DNA of 63,956 nucleotides, counting the filler, from Octopus bimaculoides (lineage: Eukaryota), in NCBI RefSeq assembly GCF_001194135.2. It is 7 parts of 6 records of this genome, joined end to end, with 100 filler letters (N's around TTAATTAATTAA, not from the genome) between each part and the next. Parts side by side here need not be neighbours in the genome. Positions count along the whole stretch, not along the records: positions 19,389 to 31,887 come from NC_068995.1; positions 31,988 to 43,144 come from NC_068989.1; 5 more parts are not named here. The stretch is one strand, 5' to 3'. Below the pieces are notes generated by a model that searched no databases, had not been told where the DNA came from, and was given only the letters and a program-made list of their open reading frames with translations. A program made the translations under genes and the position numbers. This document shows positions 26,959-39,420 of the stretch, one piece after another (the first letter of the stretch is position 1; each line of letters opens with the position of its first letter).

Positions 26959-27352
26959 GTGGCTGTGTGGTAAGAAGCTTGCTTCCCAACCACATGGTTC
27001 CAGGTTCAGTCCCACTGCATGGCACCTTCTGCGAGTGTCTTCTATTATTACTTCGAGCCGACCAAAGCTTTGTGAGTGGATTTGCTAGACGGAAACTGAA
27101 AGAAGCCCGTCGCGTATATATATTTATATATGTGCGTGTGTCTGTGTCTGTGTTTGTCCTCCCACCATCGCTTGACAACCGATGTTGGTGTGTTTACATC
27201 CCCGTAACTTTGCAGTTCGGCAAAAGTGATCGAAAGAATAAGTACTACGATTTAAAAAAAGAAGTTATGGGCTCCATTTGCTCGACTAAAACCCTACAAG
27301 GCGGTGCCCCAGTATGAACGCACTCTGATGACTGAAACAAGTAAAAGATAAA
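26959..27352 (+). mobile_element. SINE family 1, full-length copy with CpGs retained
   Basis: tRNA-like head, CORE-like ggcaccttctgcgagtgtcttc, internal (TA/TG) microsatellite, tail ggcggtgccccagtatg...gactgaaacaagtaaaaga. Confidence 0.9.
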
Positions 27353-27379
27353 GAAATAAATGATAATAAATACACAAAA

Positions 27380-27575
27380 GGTGGCGAAATTGCAGAATGG
27401 TTAGAGCGTCGGGCGAAATTCTTGCGGTAACTGCTCTGAATCTTTACGTCCTGAGCGCACATCCCACTGCGGCCAAAATTGCATTTCATCTTTTCGGGTC
27501 AACAATGTAATATACCTTTTAAGTACAAATCGACGTAATCTACTATACTTCTACCGTTACAACTAATGGTCTTCT
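27380..27575 (+). mobile_element. SINE family 3 copy, degenerate
   Basis: ggtggcgaaattgcagaatggttagagcgtcgggcgaaa...ctttacgtcctgag...atttcatcttttcgggtc. Confidence 0.65.
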
Positions 27576-28762
27576 GCCTATATAAAAAAAAAATAGTTAT
27601 ACTTATAAACACTCGGCATATTCGAAACTTAAAAACGAGATCTTAAAAGGAAATTAAGGAATTTGGTCTAAACAATATCTTGCTTAAGATATAATTTCCT
27701 AATCCATGTTTTGTGGTATCCGACAGATTTAAACTGACATATTTAAAACACAGATTAAAAGACAGATTTTTAAAATTCTTTTTGCTTTTATTTTTACGAG
27801 TGGCAAGCTTCTTACCACGCAGCCACGTGTATATGTATAATCGTTTTATGAAATGTCATTGCATTAAAGCAAACAAAAAATAATTCTAAAGGCACAATGT
27901 TTCAATTTTTAAGTTCCGGTTTCTCTGGAACATTGGAAAGCATTTTAAGGATTTTCTTAGTGTAAAACGATTGAGAATCACTGCTCTAAAGTTCCGGCTA
28001 CATTACGTGTGCTTGCACTTAATCCATTATTTACTGGGTTAGCTCAGTGCCAAAGATCTCAATAATTGTTAGCTGATCTGGGCAACAATGTAACGTAAAT
28101 AACAAGGGCGCAAACAGCAATAACCATAAAAACAGTAACAACAATGTCTATGACAACAATAACAATAAAAATAAAACAAAAGTAACTAAGAAAAAATTGG
28201 TATAAATATTGTACCGAAACTCTTGGTACGTGTACGTGAGTAAACTTACAACTTGAGTACTCACTCTATTGTCTTGATAATCTCGCGGTATTAGAACTAC
28301 GGTTGGGAAACTCCTGTTTCTAGGATATAGTTTAACATAAATCAGAACAGAAACAAACGACTTCCTCATACACACACACACACACACACACAACACGCTC
28401 GCGCACATATATACATATGCATGTATATGTATAGATTCATATGTATATATATANNNNNNNNNNNNNNNNNNNNNNNNNNNNNNNNNNNNNNNNNNNNNNN
28501 NNNNNNNNNNNNNNNNNNNNNNNNNNNNNNNNNNNNNNNNNNNNNNNNNNNNNNNNNNNNNNNNNNNNNNNNNNNNNNNNNNNNNNNNNNNNNNNNNNNN
28601 NNNNNNNNNNNNNNNNNNNNNNNNNNNNNNNNNNNNNNNNNNNNNNNNNNNNNNNNNNNNNNNNNNNNNNNNNNNNNNNNNNNNNNNNNNNNNNNNNNNN
28701 NNNNNNNNNNNNNNNNNNNNNNNNNNNNNNNNNNNNNNNNNNNNNNNNNNNNNNNNNNNNNN

Positions 28763-28795
<33 letters not shown>

Positions 28796-28900
28796 CCGAG
28801 CGTCATACTAATATATACTTTTGTTATTTACACCACCTGTCCTCGTCTGTTGTTATTTTTTGTATATTCTCCCATATATATATATATATATGCACGCGCG

Positions 28901-30322
28901 AACGAGAAAGTGGGCTGAAAAGTTCATAAGCTAAGATACTTTCATGAAATGTGAACAAATGAGGCTGAAGTTTATTTTACAATATAATCCTGCTTGCAGT
29001 CCTTACACTTACTTCATTGGTGTTGAAGTGCTTCGACCCCATTGCTAAAGAAGCTCTTATCCTGTTGGTCTATAAAGTCATCAACGGCAGATGTGACATC
29101 ATAACTCCTGCGATATAGGTTCCCAGCCAAGTGTTGTTTTCTTGTTGTGGAACAGACGACAGTCCGTTGCGGCCAAATCAGAAGAATTAGAGACGGTAAT
29201 CAACCAATTCAAAACCTCAGTAACGCTCAGCCATTATTGAAACTTGTGTGCTGGAGTATTGTCCTATTGAAATAATTCCCCCTTTCGTCAGTTTTCCTGG
29301 GCGTTTGATGTTGATAGCCTTTCGTAACTACCTCAGCATGTTGGCATTGTACTCTGCAATGCTGTGGCCATTTTGAACTTAGTTAATGTTATGTCTCAAG
29401 CTACTGTTATCTAGCACCTTCGGATGATCTCTACTCAACCGCTACACAACTGCTATTCGACTGCTACTCAACACTCCTACCACGGCCAGACTACCTCTAT
29501 TTATATGTCTTGGGGGATCCTACTTCTTCGCCTGGGGGCGTCAACACAACAGTTAATAAACACAATGCCTTTTGCATTCCCCCAAAATTGTCCATTATCT
29601 TTTCTGCAAATGAAAGGAACTTAGATGAGGACGGATGTTGGCAGGGCATGGATTATCTCTTTGTATCTGGTTGAAAGTGATGAAGGAAACACTCATCCTG
29701 AAATAGGAAACGTTCAGAGAAACCAGCTGAGTACGCTTGAAACAATATCAGATTTTCCTGTGACGTGATCAGCCTGATGCGCTTTTGATAAGGTGTCAGA
29801 AGTCGTGGCACCCACTGCGCAAAAAGCTTGTCTTGCCAAGTTCATTGTGCACAATATACTCAACTGTCTGGCGGGATATGCTAATAGCATTGACTATTTG
29901 ATTTATAGCCAATTGTCCATCACCACGTGGGGAACACGATCAATGTTTTCCTCAGGACGTCCAAACGTTGGGTCATTTTCAAGACTCTGCCTTTCCCTAC
30001 CAAAATTCAGCAGCTCACTTTTACACTGTTGATAAACCTGGATCATCATCCCTTAATGTAGCAACCATTTCGACATGAATGTCGTTTGGGGCTAACCTTT
30101 TTTCTACAAGTACTTGATAACACCACGATGCCAAATTTTGTCCATTTTCAAGAGAAGTCACCACTAGTTACTTTTGAAGTTTTTAAACAGTCAGATACCA
30201 GTTTACCTGGTATAAATAATGCAGTTGTTAATAAGAATTCTTGAAATTAATGCAAGCGAAATTTCACAGTTCTAGCACCACTCCTTTATAATCAGCCCAT
30301 GATCTATTCACACATATGTATG
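28901..30322 (-). mobile_element. Near full-length degenerate mariner transposon with a ~165-bp foreign insert (about 29395-29560)
   Basis: Minus strand MDKIWHRGVIKYL..KGL.P.DIH.EMV..L, WVPRLLT (29805-29830), DN.PAHK and SSDLAATD (the YSPDLAPSD motif equivalent); TIR-like ends gggctgaaaagttcataagct / cagcccatgatctattc. Confidence 0.85.
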
Positions 30323-30789
30323 TTTTTCTTTGAGTTTAACCTAAGTTTTTCTTGAGAGAGTTTAAACTGGTCGCTAACAAAGCAACAAATTAGTTTAGTT
30401 CAGAGAAATCCCTGTGTTTGTAAATATGTGGTTGATTTGGTGTGTTGGTTGAACTGTTAATACATACACTTAAGTGTGGGCACCTATTCACATAAAAATC
30501 TCACATGGAAAATTTTTGGTATGCCTGGTAAATCTTCACTGTACCACTAACACATTGATTTTGGAGAATCCGCGTCAATTTTCGTTTTGCCCTTTTTCTG
30601 AGAAACCGAGTATTTCTAGTTGTTTTGTGCAAATTCTCATGTATGTATGTATGTATGTATGTATGTATGTATGTATGTATGTATGCATGTATGTATGTAT
30701 TTGTGTATTTATATATTTATATATGTATGTATGTATCTGTGTACCTACGTATGTATGTATGTATGTATGTATTTATGTATGTACCCATC

Positions 30790-30867
30790 TATCTATCTAT
30801 TTATCTTTCTATCTATCAATCTATCTATCTATCTTTTATCTATCTATCTATCTATCTAACTATCTAC

Positions 30868-30919
<52 letters not shown>

Positions 30920-30942
30920 TTATCTATCTATCTATCGATCGC

Positions 30943-30973
<31 letters not shown>
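30790..30973. repeat. (ATCT)n microsatellite; also at 10845-10892, 14540-14660, 51448-51480 and 59755-59822
   Basis: Direct reading. Confidence 0.97.
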
Positions 30974-31316
30974 NNNNNNNNNNNNNNNNNNNNNNNNNNN
31001 NNNNNNNNNNNNNNNNNNNNNNNNNNNNNNNNNNNNNNNNNNNNNNNNNNNNNNNNNNNNNNNNNNNNNNNNNNNNNNNNNNNNNNNNNNNNNNNNNNNN
31101 NNNNNNNNNNNNNNNNNNNNNNNNNNNNNNNNNNNNNNNNNNNNNNNNNNNNNNNNNNNNNNNNNNNNNNNNNNNNNNNNNNNNNNNNNNNNNNNNNNNN
31201 NNNNNNNNNNNNNNNNNNNNNNNNNNNNNNNNNNNNNNNNNNNNNNNNNNNNNNNNNNNNNNNNNNNNNNNNNNNNNNNNNNNNNNNNNNNNNNNNNNNN
31301 NNNNNNNNNNNNNNNN

Positions 31317-31358
<42 letters not shown>

Positions 31359-31887
31359 CGTCTTGTTCTACTGTTAAGCAGGGTTTTCAGTTTTCCGAAT
31401 TTCCATGTGAAGAGTCCAGTGACAGCGTTTAGTTTCTACTCAACTTTATTAGTTTTAATAATCATGCTTTTATTTTCGTGCTCGCAAACTCTATCCCCTT
31501 AGTAACTGACCTTTTTTATCTCTGCTGGAGATGTTGCTTCAGTGTTACCATCTGGGTCTTGTCTTATGTTGATACAGATATCAAACCATGGAACGCCCTC
31601 GTTGCCATATACAGACACAATCTATCCATATTCACATTGAGGTTGAAATCTTCAAATAATACACAGAAATATTCCGAAACTTGACACATCCATATGCTGT
31701 AAAAATATGTTTAACAAACAAGAGGTATGGATGGAGACAGGGCAGCAAGTCTACTAAAAATGTTGAGAATGAAAACAGAAAACATTATGAATTACGGACT
31801 TGTATATGAGTATACACATATGCATGTATATGTATATGTATATATGCATATATATATTTGTATATATATATATATATATATATATAT

Positions 31888-31987
31888 NNNNNNNNNNNNN
31901 NNNNNNNNNNNNNNNNNNNNNNNNNNNNNNNTTAATTAATTAANNNNNNNNNNNNNNNNNNNNNNNNNNNNNNNNNNNNNNNNNNNN
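31888..31987. other. Artificial scaffold-join spacer (3 of 6)
   Basis: N44-TTAATTAATTAA-N44. Confidence 0.95.
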
Positions 31988-32538
31988 ATGGTGATTTGAG
32001 GAAGAAGATAGCAGGGAACTATGGGTATTTATAGGTGAATAGTACCAAGGGGGGTAATTTCACTATACATAGTTTTAATTTTAAATTATCCTCTATTATT
32101 ATTTTCAAATTTACCTATATTGGGAGGTATATCTAATTTGTTATTATATAATTTTAGTAATATTTAATTCATATATATATTTTTTTAATTATTGCATTTA
32201 AAAAAAAAAAAAAAAATTTATATAGTCTATTCAAGTGCTTTAGAAATAAAATTGTGTGGTTATTTGATTCAGGGGTTGGGGGTTCAGTACTTCATTTTAC
32301 TAAATGTAAAATTACTTTGGTGCCTACATTTAACTCCTCGTTCATCATGTGTGTTCAGTAATTCATCTCTAGACTGTAGTAGTTTCATAAATTCAGTTTT
32401 TGTCTTTTATCAGATACTTTGTATATTTATAGATAAATATATAAAGATACGATAAATAAGACCCCAAAGTAAGATATGTAGATGCATATAATGCTGAAGG
32501 GTTGCACTTGATTGATTTGGAATTTTGTTTTGTCAAAT

Positions 32539-32596
32539 CGTCCAACCCATGCTAGCATGGAAAGCGGACGTTAAACGATGATGATGATGATGATGA

Positions 32597-32600
<4 letters not shown>
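32539..32600 (+). mobile_element. Extreme 3' tip of an RTE LINE, or of a SINE sharing its tail, with a (GAT)n tail
   Basis: cgtccaacccatgctagcatggaaagcggacgttaaacgatgatgatg; homologous to 39805-39856 and to 37488 and 41641 (minus). Confidence 0.8.
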
Positions 32601-32637
<37 letters not shown>

Positions 32638-32717
32638 TACTGTAAGTTTAGAGGTAATACTTGATAAGTGTAAGCACCTGTATATGCCAGATAGTGGCAG
32701 AGGTGAAAGAATATATC

Positions 32718-34972
32718 AAACATAAATTGAAAACAGAACACAAACGATATCAATTTAAATTGACTAAAACCTTTAAATACTATAAGCCTTAAGTCTCCAT
32801 TATCAATTTCTAATCACTTCATGATCTTCTCTCATTGGAAATTCCCTCATCTGCTCCCTCCTGCTACTAATAAGGCATTGAATTAACTCCTGGACTTACC
32901 CCCAACTACTTACTTATTCAGTTTACTTTCGCCTAGCTAGATTCTGATCCCATATAGTACACACATATTTAATAATCCGAGGTCTCTCGACTTATTTATA
33001 GAGAACATATCTAAATAATTTAGTCACTGACTCTAAAATTTCGAACAACACTAACATACACATAGGTTATATGAGCTAACACTGATAACTTCAATAATGT
33101 TTATAGCAATATTATACTAGTAATCATTTGTGGATAGGAACCTAGACTCTTTTAACTTCATATAACACTTTCCTAAACAATTAAAATAGGAGTATAGTAG
33201 AAGTTGCCCAATGACATATAATTTACACGAGTAGGTAAACTTGAAATTTCTCCAATCACTATATTATTACTATTATTATAATTTTTCTTCATACTTTAAT
33301 TTTAATTTTAACCTCAATCTTAATTTTCTTTTCATTTTATTTTATTTTTTACATTTTCAATTTACTTTTTACCCTTCAATTATTATTTATCTTTTTATGG
33401 ATCTTGTCATGTATCTTTTATGTATTTCGAAATATATTTGATGGCTTTTGATATTTTGATATTTTACAACATCTTTCTGATATCACTGGTTTATTCTGTC
33501 AGTATTTTTACTACTTCTAGTGCTCCTTCACTATTATGTTTTTTTAAAAATGATTATTGTGAAACTATATCTTTTCTAAAAATGATTCTTATAAAACTCT
33601 ATTTTTTAAATGATTTTTGTAAAACTCTATTTTTTAAAAAATGGTTCTTGTAAAACTCTATTCCTATAGAACCTTATATCTCTATATCGATTATTTCACT
33701 TATTGTTAATTTGCTGCTCACTTTTATCACTTATATTTATCTTTTTTCTTTTTAAATCATTTCCCTTATTGATTATCACTCATTTCAACATGTTGTCATT
33801 TAATACCAGGTATATTAGATTTGTCATAGACAGATACAAAAAACTTTAAAAAAAAAAAGAAAGAAATTTCTTAAATATATGTAACTCAATCTATTGAGAA
33901 TAGTATATTAAATATAATTGTTACGTACTCAAAATCAAGATATACACTTGTAAGGTGTATTGTATGTGTGTATACATGGATGGACGTGCGTGCATGTATG
34001 CAGGTACTATACATGGAGATATATTTATATTTATATCTGTACGTGTGCTTAAGGATATGTGGATATGTGAGTGTATGTATATGGTTACTAGGGTGTAACT
34101 GTAGATATGTGTGGAGATGTATGTGTATATTCATGTATTTAGAGCTGTGCATAATGAGGCGTACTTGTATATGCTTGAGCATGTTAGCCTTATGTATCTG
34201 TATGAGTGCGTGTGTATACACACATATACTATGACTTCTAAGTAAGTGTATGTACCCATGTAATAGATAAGTTTATAAAGCTAGGAATTTTTAGTGGTGT
34301 GTTTGGGTAAACTGACCACTCATCACAATGATATCAAATTACAACCTTAATCTATATTTCAAGAGAGTGGTCTAGCTAGAGTGGTCTAGCTAAGAAATTA
34401 TTTATGATCACTACAATCTCATCCAAGGCAACATCCTGTTCTCAACTCTATAGTATTTTATCTCTTATTCTACTTTATGTTTTTATTTCTTTTATTTCTT
34501 TTGTTACTTTATTCCAATTTTGCTAAGTCTTATTTATATATGTATCTAACTTTATTATCCTTATTTTTACTTTTATTACTCTTGGTTTGACTTCTATTAC
34601 TTTTATATTTTATTTTTTATTTTTTACCTTTGATCTTCCCTTTCTATCTAGTTAAATATAAACTCCATCCAATCTATTTAACATTCACTCTATGCTGAAT
34701 TTACAGTATGGGCAGATTTTTGAAATCCAACGAACCTTTATGCAGATATACCTTTTTAAAGGGATGTGATAAACTTATTATAATAGGTAATACTAAGTGT
34801 ACTTTTTCTTTTTCTTTTGTGATGTAATCTTTGGACTAGCAATGTTTGTGGCTGAAGATAGCTTTAAACCATCTTTTATATCAACAATATACTTATACTG
34901 ATGTAATGACAGATTGCTTATAAAGCTTGAAACACGTGTACCACGATATCCTTTGTGTTCTGTTTTCAATTT

Positions 34973-34978
<6 letters not shown>
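32718..34978. mobile_element. ~2.26-kb segment bounded by 34-bp inverted termini; class uncertain
   Basis: 32718-32751 and 34945-34978 are reverse complements at 33/34 positions; the interior is AT-rich with no recognisable ORF. Confidence 0.5.
33539..33663. repeat. ~30-bp AT-rich minisatellite, about 4 copies (tttttaaaaatgattcttgtaaaactcta)
   Basis: Direct reading. Confidence 0.75.
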
Positions 34979-35020
<42 letters not shown>

Positions 35021-36284
35021 CAGGGTGTGGTGAATAAATTGTCTAAATTATGCAAAAATGAAAATAACACTGGCATCTCATTTTAACAGATATATTTACC
35101 AAAATTACATAAAAATATCTTGAAATACTAAAAAGTAAATTTATTCAATAAAATTGCCATTGGCTTCAACCATGGCCTCCAGACAACTTTGGAATCTCCT
35201 GCAACTCTTTTGGATAGTCTCTTTGTTTAAGTTGGTGAATGCTGCCATAATCCTTGCTGTTGGTGTTACAAGTTTTGTTGGTTTCTCGCTCAACTGCGCT
35301 CCACACATAATCATCAAGGGAGTTGCAGTCTGGGGAGTTAGGTAGCCATGTTAGGGGTGATGTGGTCGCAGAAATTGTCTGACAGCCATGACTGGATTCT
35401 CCTGTTTGTGTGACATGGTGTAGAGTCCTGTTGCCAGACATAGGGTCTACCAGTAGCCACCTGCTACACCCAGAGCAGCAGCACCACCTCCAGGCACTTA
35501 ATGTAAGCCTCTGTGTTGAGTGTGAAGTCATCTGGGAAGATGAAAGGAGGCATAATGTCGCCATCACTAGTGATCACTCTAAACACCATGATGTTGACTG
35601 GATGTTTGATTTTTATCACTCTCAGTACATGTTTTGGGACACAGCAAACCAACGGTTGTTCTGTGTGTTCACCATCTAATCCTGGCAGAAATTTTTCTCA
35701 TCTGAAAAAAAAACCCCACAGCATGTTCGGGTGGAGTGGGTGCTTGAGTTTGTTCAAAAGATTCATAGCGCTGTCTTTCCTCTTGTCCTTGATGGCTTGG
35801 GATAAAAATTGGCCCTTTCTCATCTTGTATGAAGAACACTGAATGTCTTCATGTGCTACCTGCCTGATAAGAAACTCAGACACTCCCATGTCCCTGGCGA
35901 TGGACCTGATTGACTTGGAGGGATCATTGTCAATCATGGCCTGGACCTCACCAACAAATTCAGGAGTCCTTTTTTTATCCGACCAATCAGAGTAAGTTTT
36001 CCAAGCTGCCATACCTTCATAATCACCATTAGACTCATCTAACTCTTTCTGAATCCTCTGCACTGTCCTCAGATTGACACCTAAACACTCTGAAATCTTC
36101 ATATTGGAGTTTCCAGCAGGAATGCCAAGCAGTACAGCATATCAGAGTGAATTGCATCATGGTACTGTTTTTCTCACAGACAATGCCCAACTGACCCTAC
36201 TATACTGTGTAGTTGACAAAATCAAAAACAAACAATGCACATGTGTGAAATTAAAAATATAAAATGGCAACAATTTACACTCTG
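35021..36284 (-). mobile_element. Near full-length Tc1/mariner element of DD37D (maT-like) type, pseudogenised
   Basis: TA|cagggtgt ... acactctg|TA. Minus strand gives ECLGVNLRTVQRI, PSKSIRSIARDMGVSEFLIRQV, DEKNFCQD, KHPVNIMVF.VITSDG, WQQDSTPCH...NSPDCNSLDDYVW. Spacing from the second to the third D is 37 if the small frameshift is a 2-nt deletion. Confidence 0.88.
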
Positions 36285-36813
36285 TATATATATTAATTTT
36301 TGAGTTCTATTCACCTTGTTTGTACTACCAAACCTCCCTCTCTCAGGCATGGTTGTGTCGTTAAGAAGCTTGCTTTGGTACAACTGACCAGTTATTACTA
36401 CTACTACAGAACATTCAACCATAAACAGGTCAGACTAACTAGAACAGAGAGACCACAATATAATCCAGCATGCTAACTTGACAGCTATTATACCTTGTAA
36501 ACCAAAAATCAATGTGTTTTCTACTCAAGCTTCAGCACCACTTTAACTCTTTAACTACAAAATTAAATTTCATGTTTATTCCAGTAATGATGTTAAGCAT
36601 CTACCAAAAAATAGAGCTGGTATTTTCTGCAAGTCACGTTGCCTCAATAAACTTGACATCTCTCTCAACAGAAAACAGTTTCAAACATGACATTTCGTAA
36701 CAAAAGATAGATTGGGATATAAAATTGAACTCAACAGCTAAGGCTAATGGAATTTTGAGTGGATATATCTGATTTCTGCAGCAAAATGGTTAATACCATC
36801 ACACACATATGCA

Positions 36814-36858
<45 letters not shown>

Positions 36859-36926
36859 TGTCTGGCTGTTTCATACGTGATCTATCTATCTGTGTCTGGA
36901 AGTCAAAGGAATTATGTTTAGCTCAC

Positions 36927-37014
36927 CTTTTTTCCCGCAAATAAGTGATGGCTTTGTTTGCTGATATTCTGTATGTAAACACAAGATAACAGCAGATAAG
37001 CAGCCCAGTTCTGC
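36927..37014 (-). CDS. PTPDC1: PTPDC1-like exon D (88 nt): (G)RTGLLICCYLVFTYRISANKAITYLREK(AG)
   Basis: cctaatatttAG acceptor and GTgagc donor; 2+28 codons+2 nt. Completes HCHAGLGRT and continues GRTG.LI.CYLV...R.....AI...R.K as in PTPDC1. Confidence 0.93.
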
Positions 37015-37487
37015 CTAAATATTAGGTGAAAGAAGACACATATTTAATATGTTGCATGAAATACAATTCTGAAATGAGTGAATGAATGTACAAATGCGTG
37101 TGTGTGTGTGTGTGTGCATATATGTATAAATATATATATGTATGTATGTACGTATATATATTGTTGTATTTCGGGATGGTCATTTTTTTTTTTTTTTGCC
37201 AAATAAACACATGCACTCTATATGTGAGAATGGACTAAGTGGAGCAAGAGCACACCCGAGGATGGAAAGTATTACTGGAGAGGTCACAGATGTGTAATGA
37301 AAGATTCCCAGACAACGGACATGAGTTAGAATAAGAACAATAATAAATGAGTAAAGAACAAATATATAGTGCGTGTGTTATTTATTTGGCAATATAAAAA
37401 AAATGACCATCCTAAAATACAATATCTGTTTCAACACACGGTTTCACATCAGGAACCTTGCAACACAAATTCATAAATATATATATC

Positions 37488-38709
37488 TCATCATTTAACA
37501 TTCTTCATCCACGCCATGCATGCATGGGTAGGATGGTTGACAGGAGCCAGACAGGCAGAAAAACTACCCCAGGCTACTGTGTCCGTTTTACAGGGATTTT
37601 ACAGCTGGATGCCCTTCCTAACACCAACCACTCTGCAGAGTGGACTCAGTACTTTTTAAGTGGCACTAGCACAGATGAGGTTAGTTTTGGCATGACTGTT
37701 ACAGCTGGATGCCCTTCCAAACGCCAACCGCGTTAGTGTAGACTGGATGCTTTTAATGTGGCACCAGCACTGGCAGGGTAACCAAGTAACTCACAAGACA
37801 AGAAATTATGAGAGGGGCAGGACTTTTGAGGAGGGGAACTTGTGTTAGTGGATGAAAGGTTAGAGTGTAACAAAGAGACAGAGAGACAGAAGCAGGTGTC
37901 TTGCCACAACAGAGGGGGCAGTAGATGAGGTAATCTAGTATCAAATGATGAAAGGTTAGAGGGTAACAGAGAAATAGAAAGGCAGAAATAGGTGTCTCGC
38001 TATAGAGGAGGTACATGGTTACCCATAGAGAGAGAGGTACAAGAAAAAGGCCAGAAACAAGTGTGCTGATGTAAAAGAGATACTTGGTTACCTAGTCAGA
38101 GGAAAAACAAGAGAAGGGAGAGTTGCTAATAACAACTTTAGTCTTAGTGAAGTTAACTTTAAGGCCCTTTAATTCCAAGTTTTGCTTCCAAATCTGGAAG
38201 TTCTTCTCCAATTCTGCTTCAGATTCTGTAAAAAGAGCAAGATCATCAGCATATAGTAGTTCCCATGGGCATCCAGATTTGAATTTATCTGTTATGGCCT
38301 GGAGCACTATGATGAATAAGAGTGGACTAAGTACTGATTCCTGGTGTACTCCAACTTATACGTTAAATTCAAGGCCAACTCTCATCTTACTGACAGCACC
38401 GCTGTATTTGGCTTGAACTGCTCTAACAAACCACTCCTCTATTCCTAGCTTCCTTAGAGACCAACAAATAAGAGAGTGGGGAACCCTGTTAAAAGCTTTC
38501 TCCAGGTCAGCGAAGGCTAAGTACAATGGCTTACTTTTAGCCAAATACTTTCCTTGTAACTGTCTCACTATGAAGATGGCATCTGTGGTACTTCTCCCAG
38601 GAACAAAACCAAACTGCATCTCATCTAGTTTAATTCTATTCCTAATCAATTGAGCTATAACTTTCTCTGTAATTTTCATGACTAGGTCCAGCAGTTTAGT
38701 ACTTCTATA
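37488..38709 (-). mobile_element. RTE-clade LINE relic: RT domain (38100-38709) joined to the 3' UTR and tail (37488-38100)
   Basis: KLLDLVMKITEKVI..QFGFVPGRSTTDAIFIVRQLQ.K..AFADLEKAFNRVP..GVHQES.LSPLLFII..WELLYADDLAL; tail homologous to 41641-41850 and 32539. Confidence 0.92.
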
Positions 38710-39398
38710 GGTATCCTGTGTCTCCCACCATCGATACTGTGTAAAGAGAGGGATTGCTCAGAATATAAAACATGAATATAAGCAGTGATCGTGATACACA
38801 CCACGAAGAAATGATCAAACTCATTAACAATCTACTAAGCAACAACTAACCCCAAAACATACTATCCACTCCAATTATGAAGAAAAGAGAGGATGAAACC
38901 AATAAACTGTCCACAGTCTGTCTACTCTATGGAAAGGCCACTTCGAAAAGATACAAAAGATATGCGGCCCATATGACATCAGGACAGTGTTCAAGAGTAA
39001 AACAACACTTAGCAAATATCTCCTTCGAGTAAAATCACCAATAGAAAAGAATATGATCAAAGACTGTGTGTACTCAATCCCATGCAGCTGTGTTATGTTA
39101 TACAAAGGCAAAACATGCCGCCCTTCAAAATAAGGGTAGAAGAACATCGCAAATCTGTGACATGAGAAGATATTGATAAATCGGGTATAGCTGATCATGT
39201 ATGGGAAAATGGAGACCACCTCCGCCTGTGGGATGAAGTTAAAATAATAGACAGAGAACACCACTGGAAAATACAAAAAAACTAAAAGAAGCAACACATA
39301 TGCTAGGACATAATAACCTCCTAAGCAGACCAAGTGCAGATATGAGTAGCATATGGGAACCAGTATTAAGGAAGGATAGGAAAATATTATATTTATAA
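38710..39398 (+). mobile_element. Penelope-like element 3' fragment: RT thumb/linker plus C-terminal GIY-YIG endonuclease, frameshifted
   Basis: SHHRYCVKRGI..HEEMIKL..NLLSNN.P..IRTVFKS.TTL..DCVYSIPCSC..Y.GKTCR..RVEEHRK..SGIADHVWENGDH...WDEVKIIDRE.HWK..KLKEA.HML..LLSRPS..IWEPVL. Confidence 0.92.
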
Positions 39399-39420
39399 GC
39401 CCTAAAATTCACTCCATAAT

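Noticed and set aside
32290-32430. Minus-strand LLNTHDERGVKCRH resembling a Penelope-type endonuclease C-terminus
   Set aside because: Only one short motif; left unassigned.
31988-36926. Further downstream PTPDC1 exon (expected RP..IQT..Q; LLRQRDL seen near 36640)
   Set aside because: No acceptor with the right phase and motif was found, and the LLRQR match is bounded by stops. The remaining exons probably lie outside this segment.
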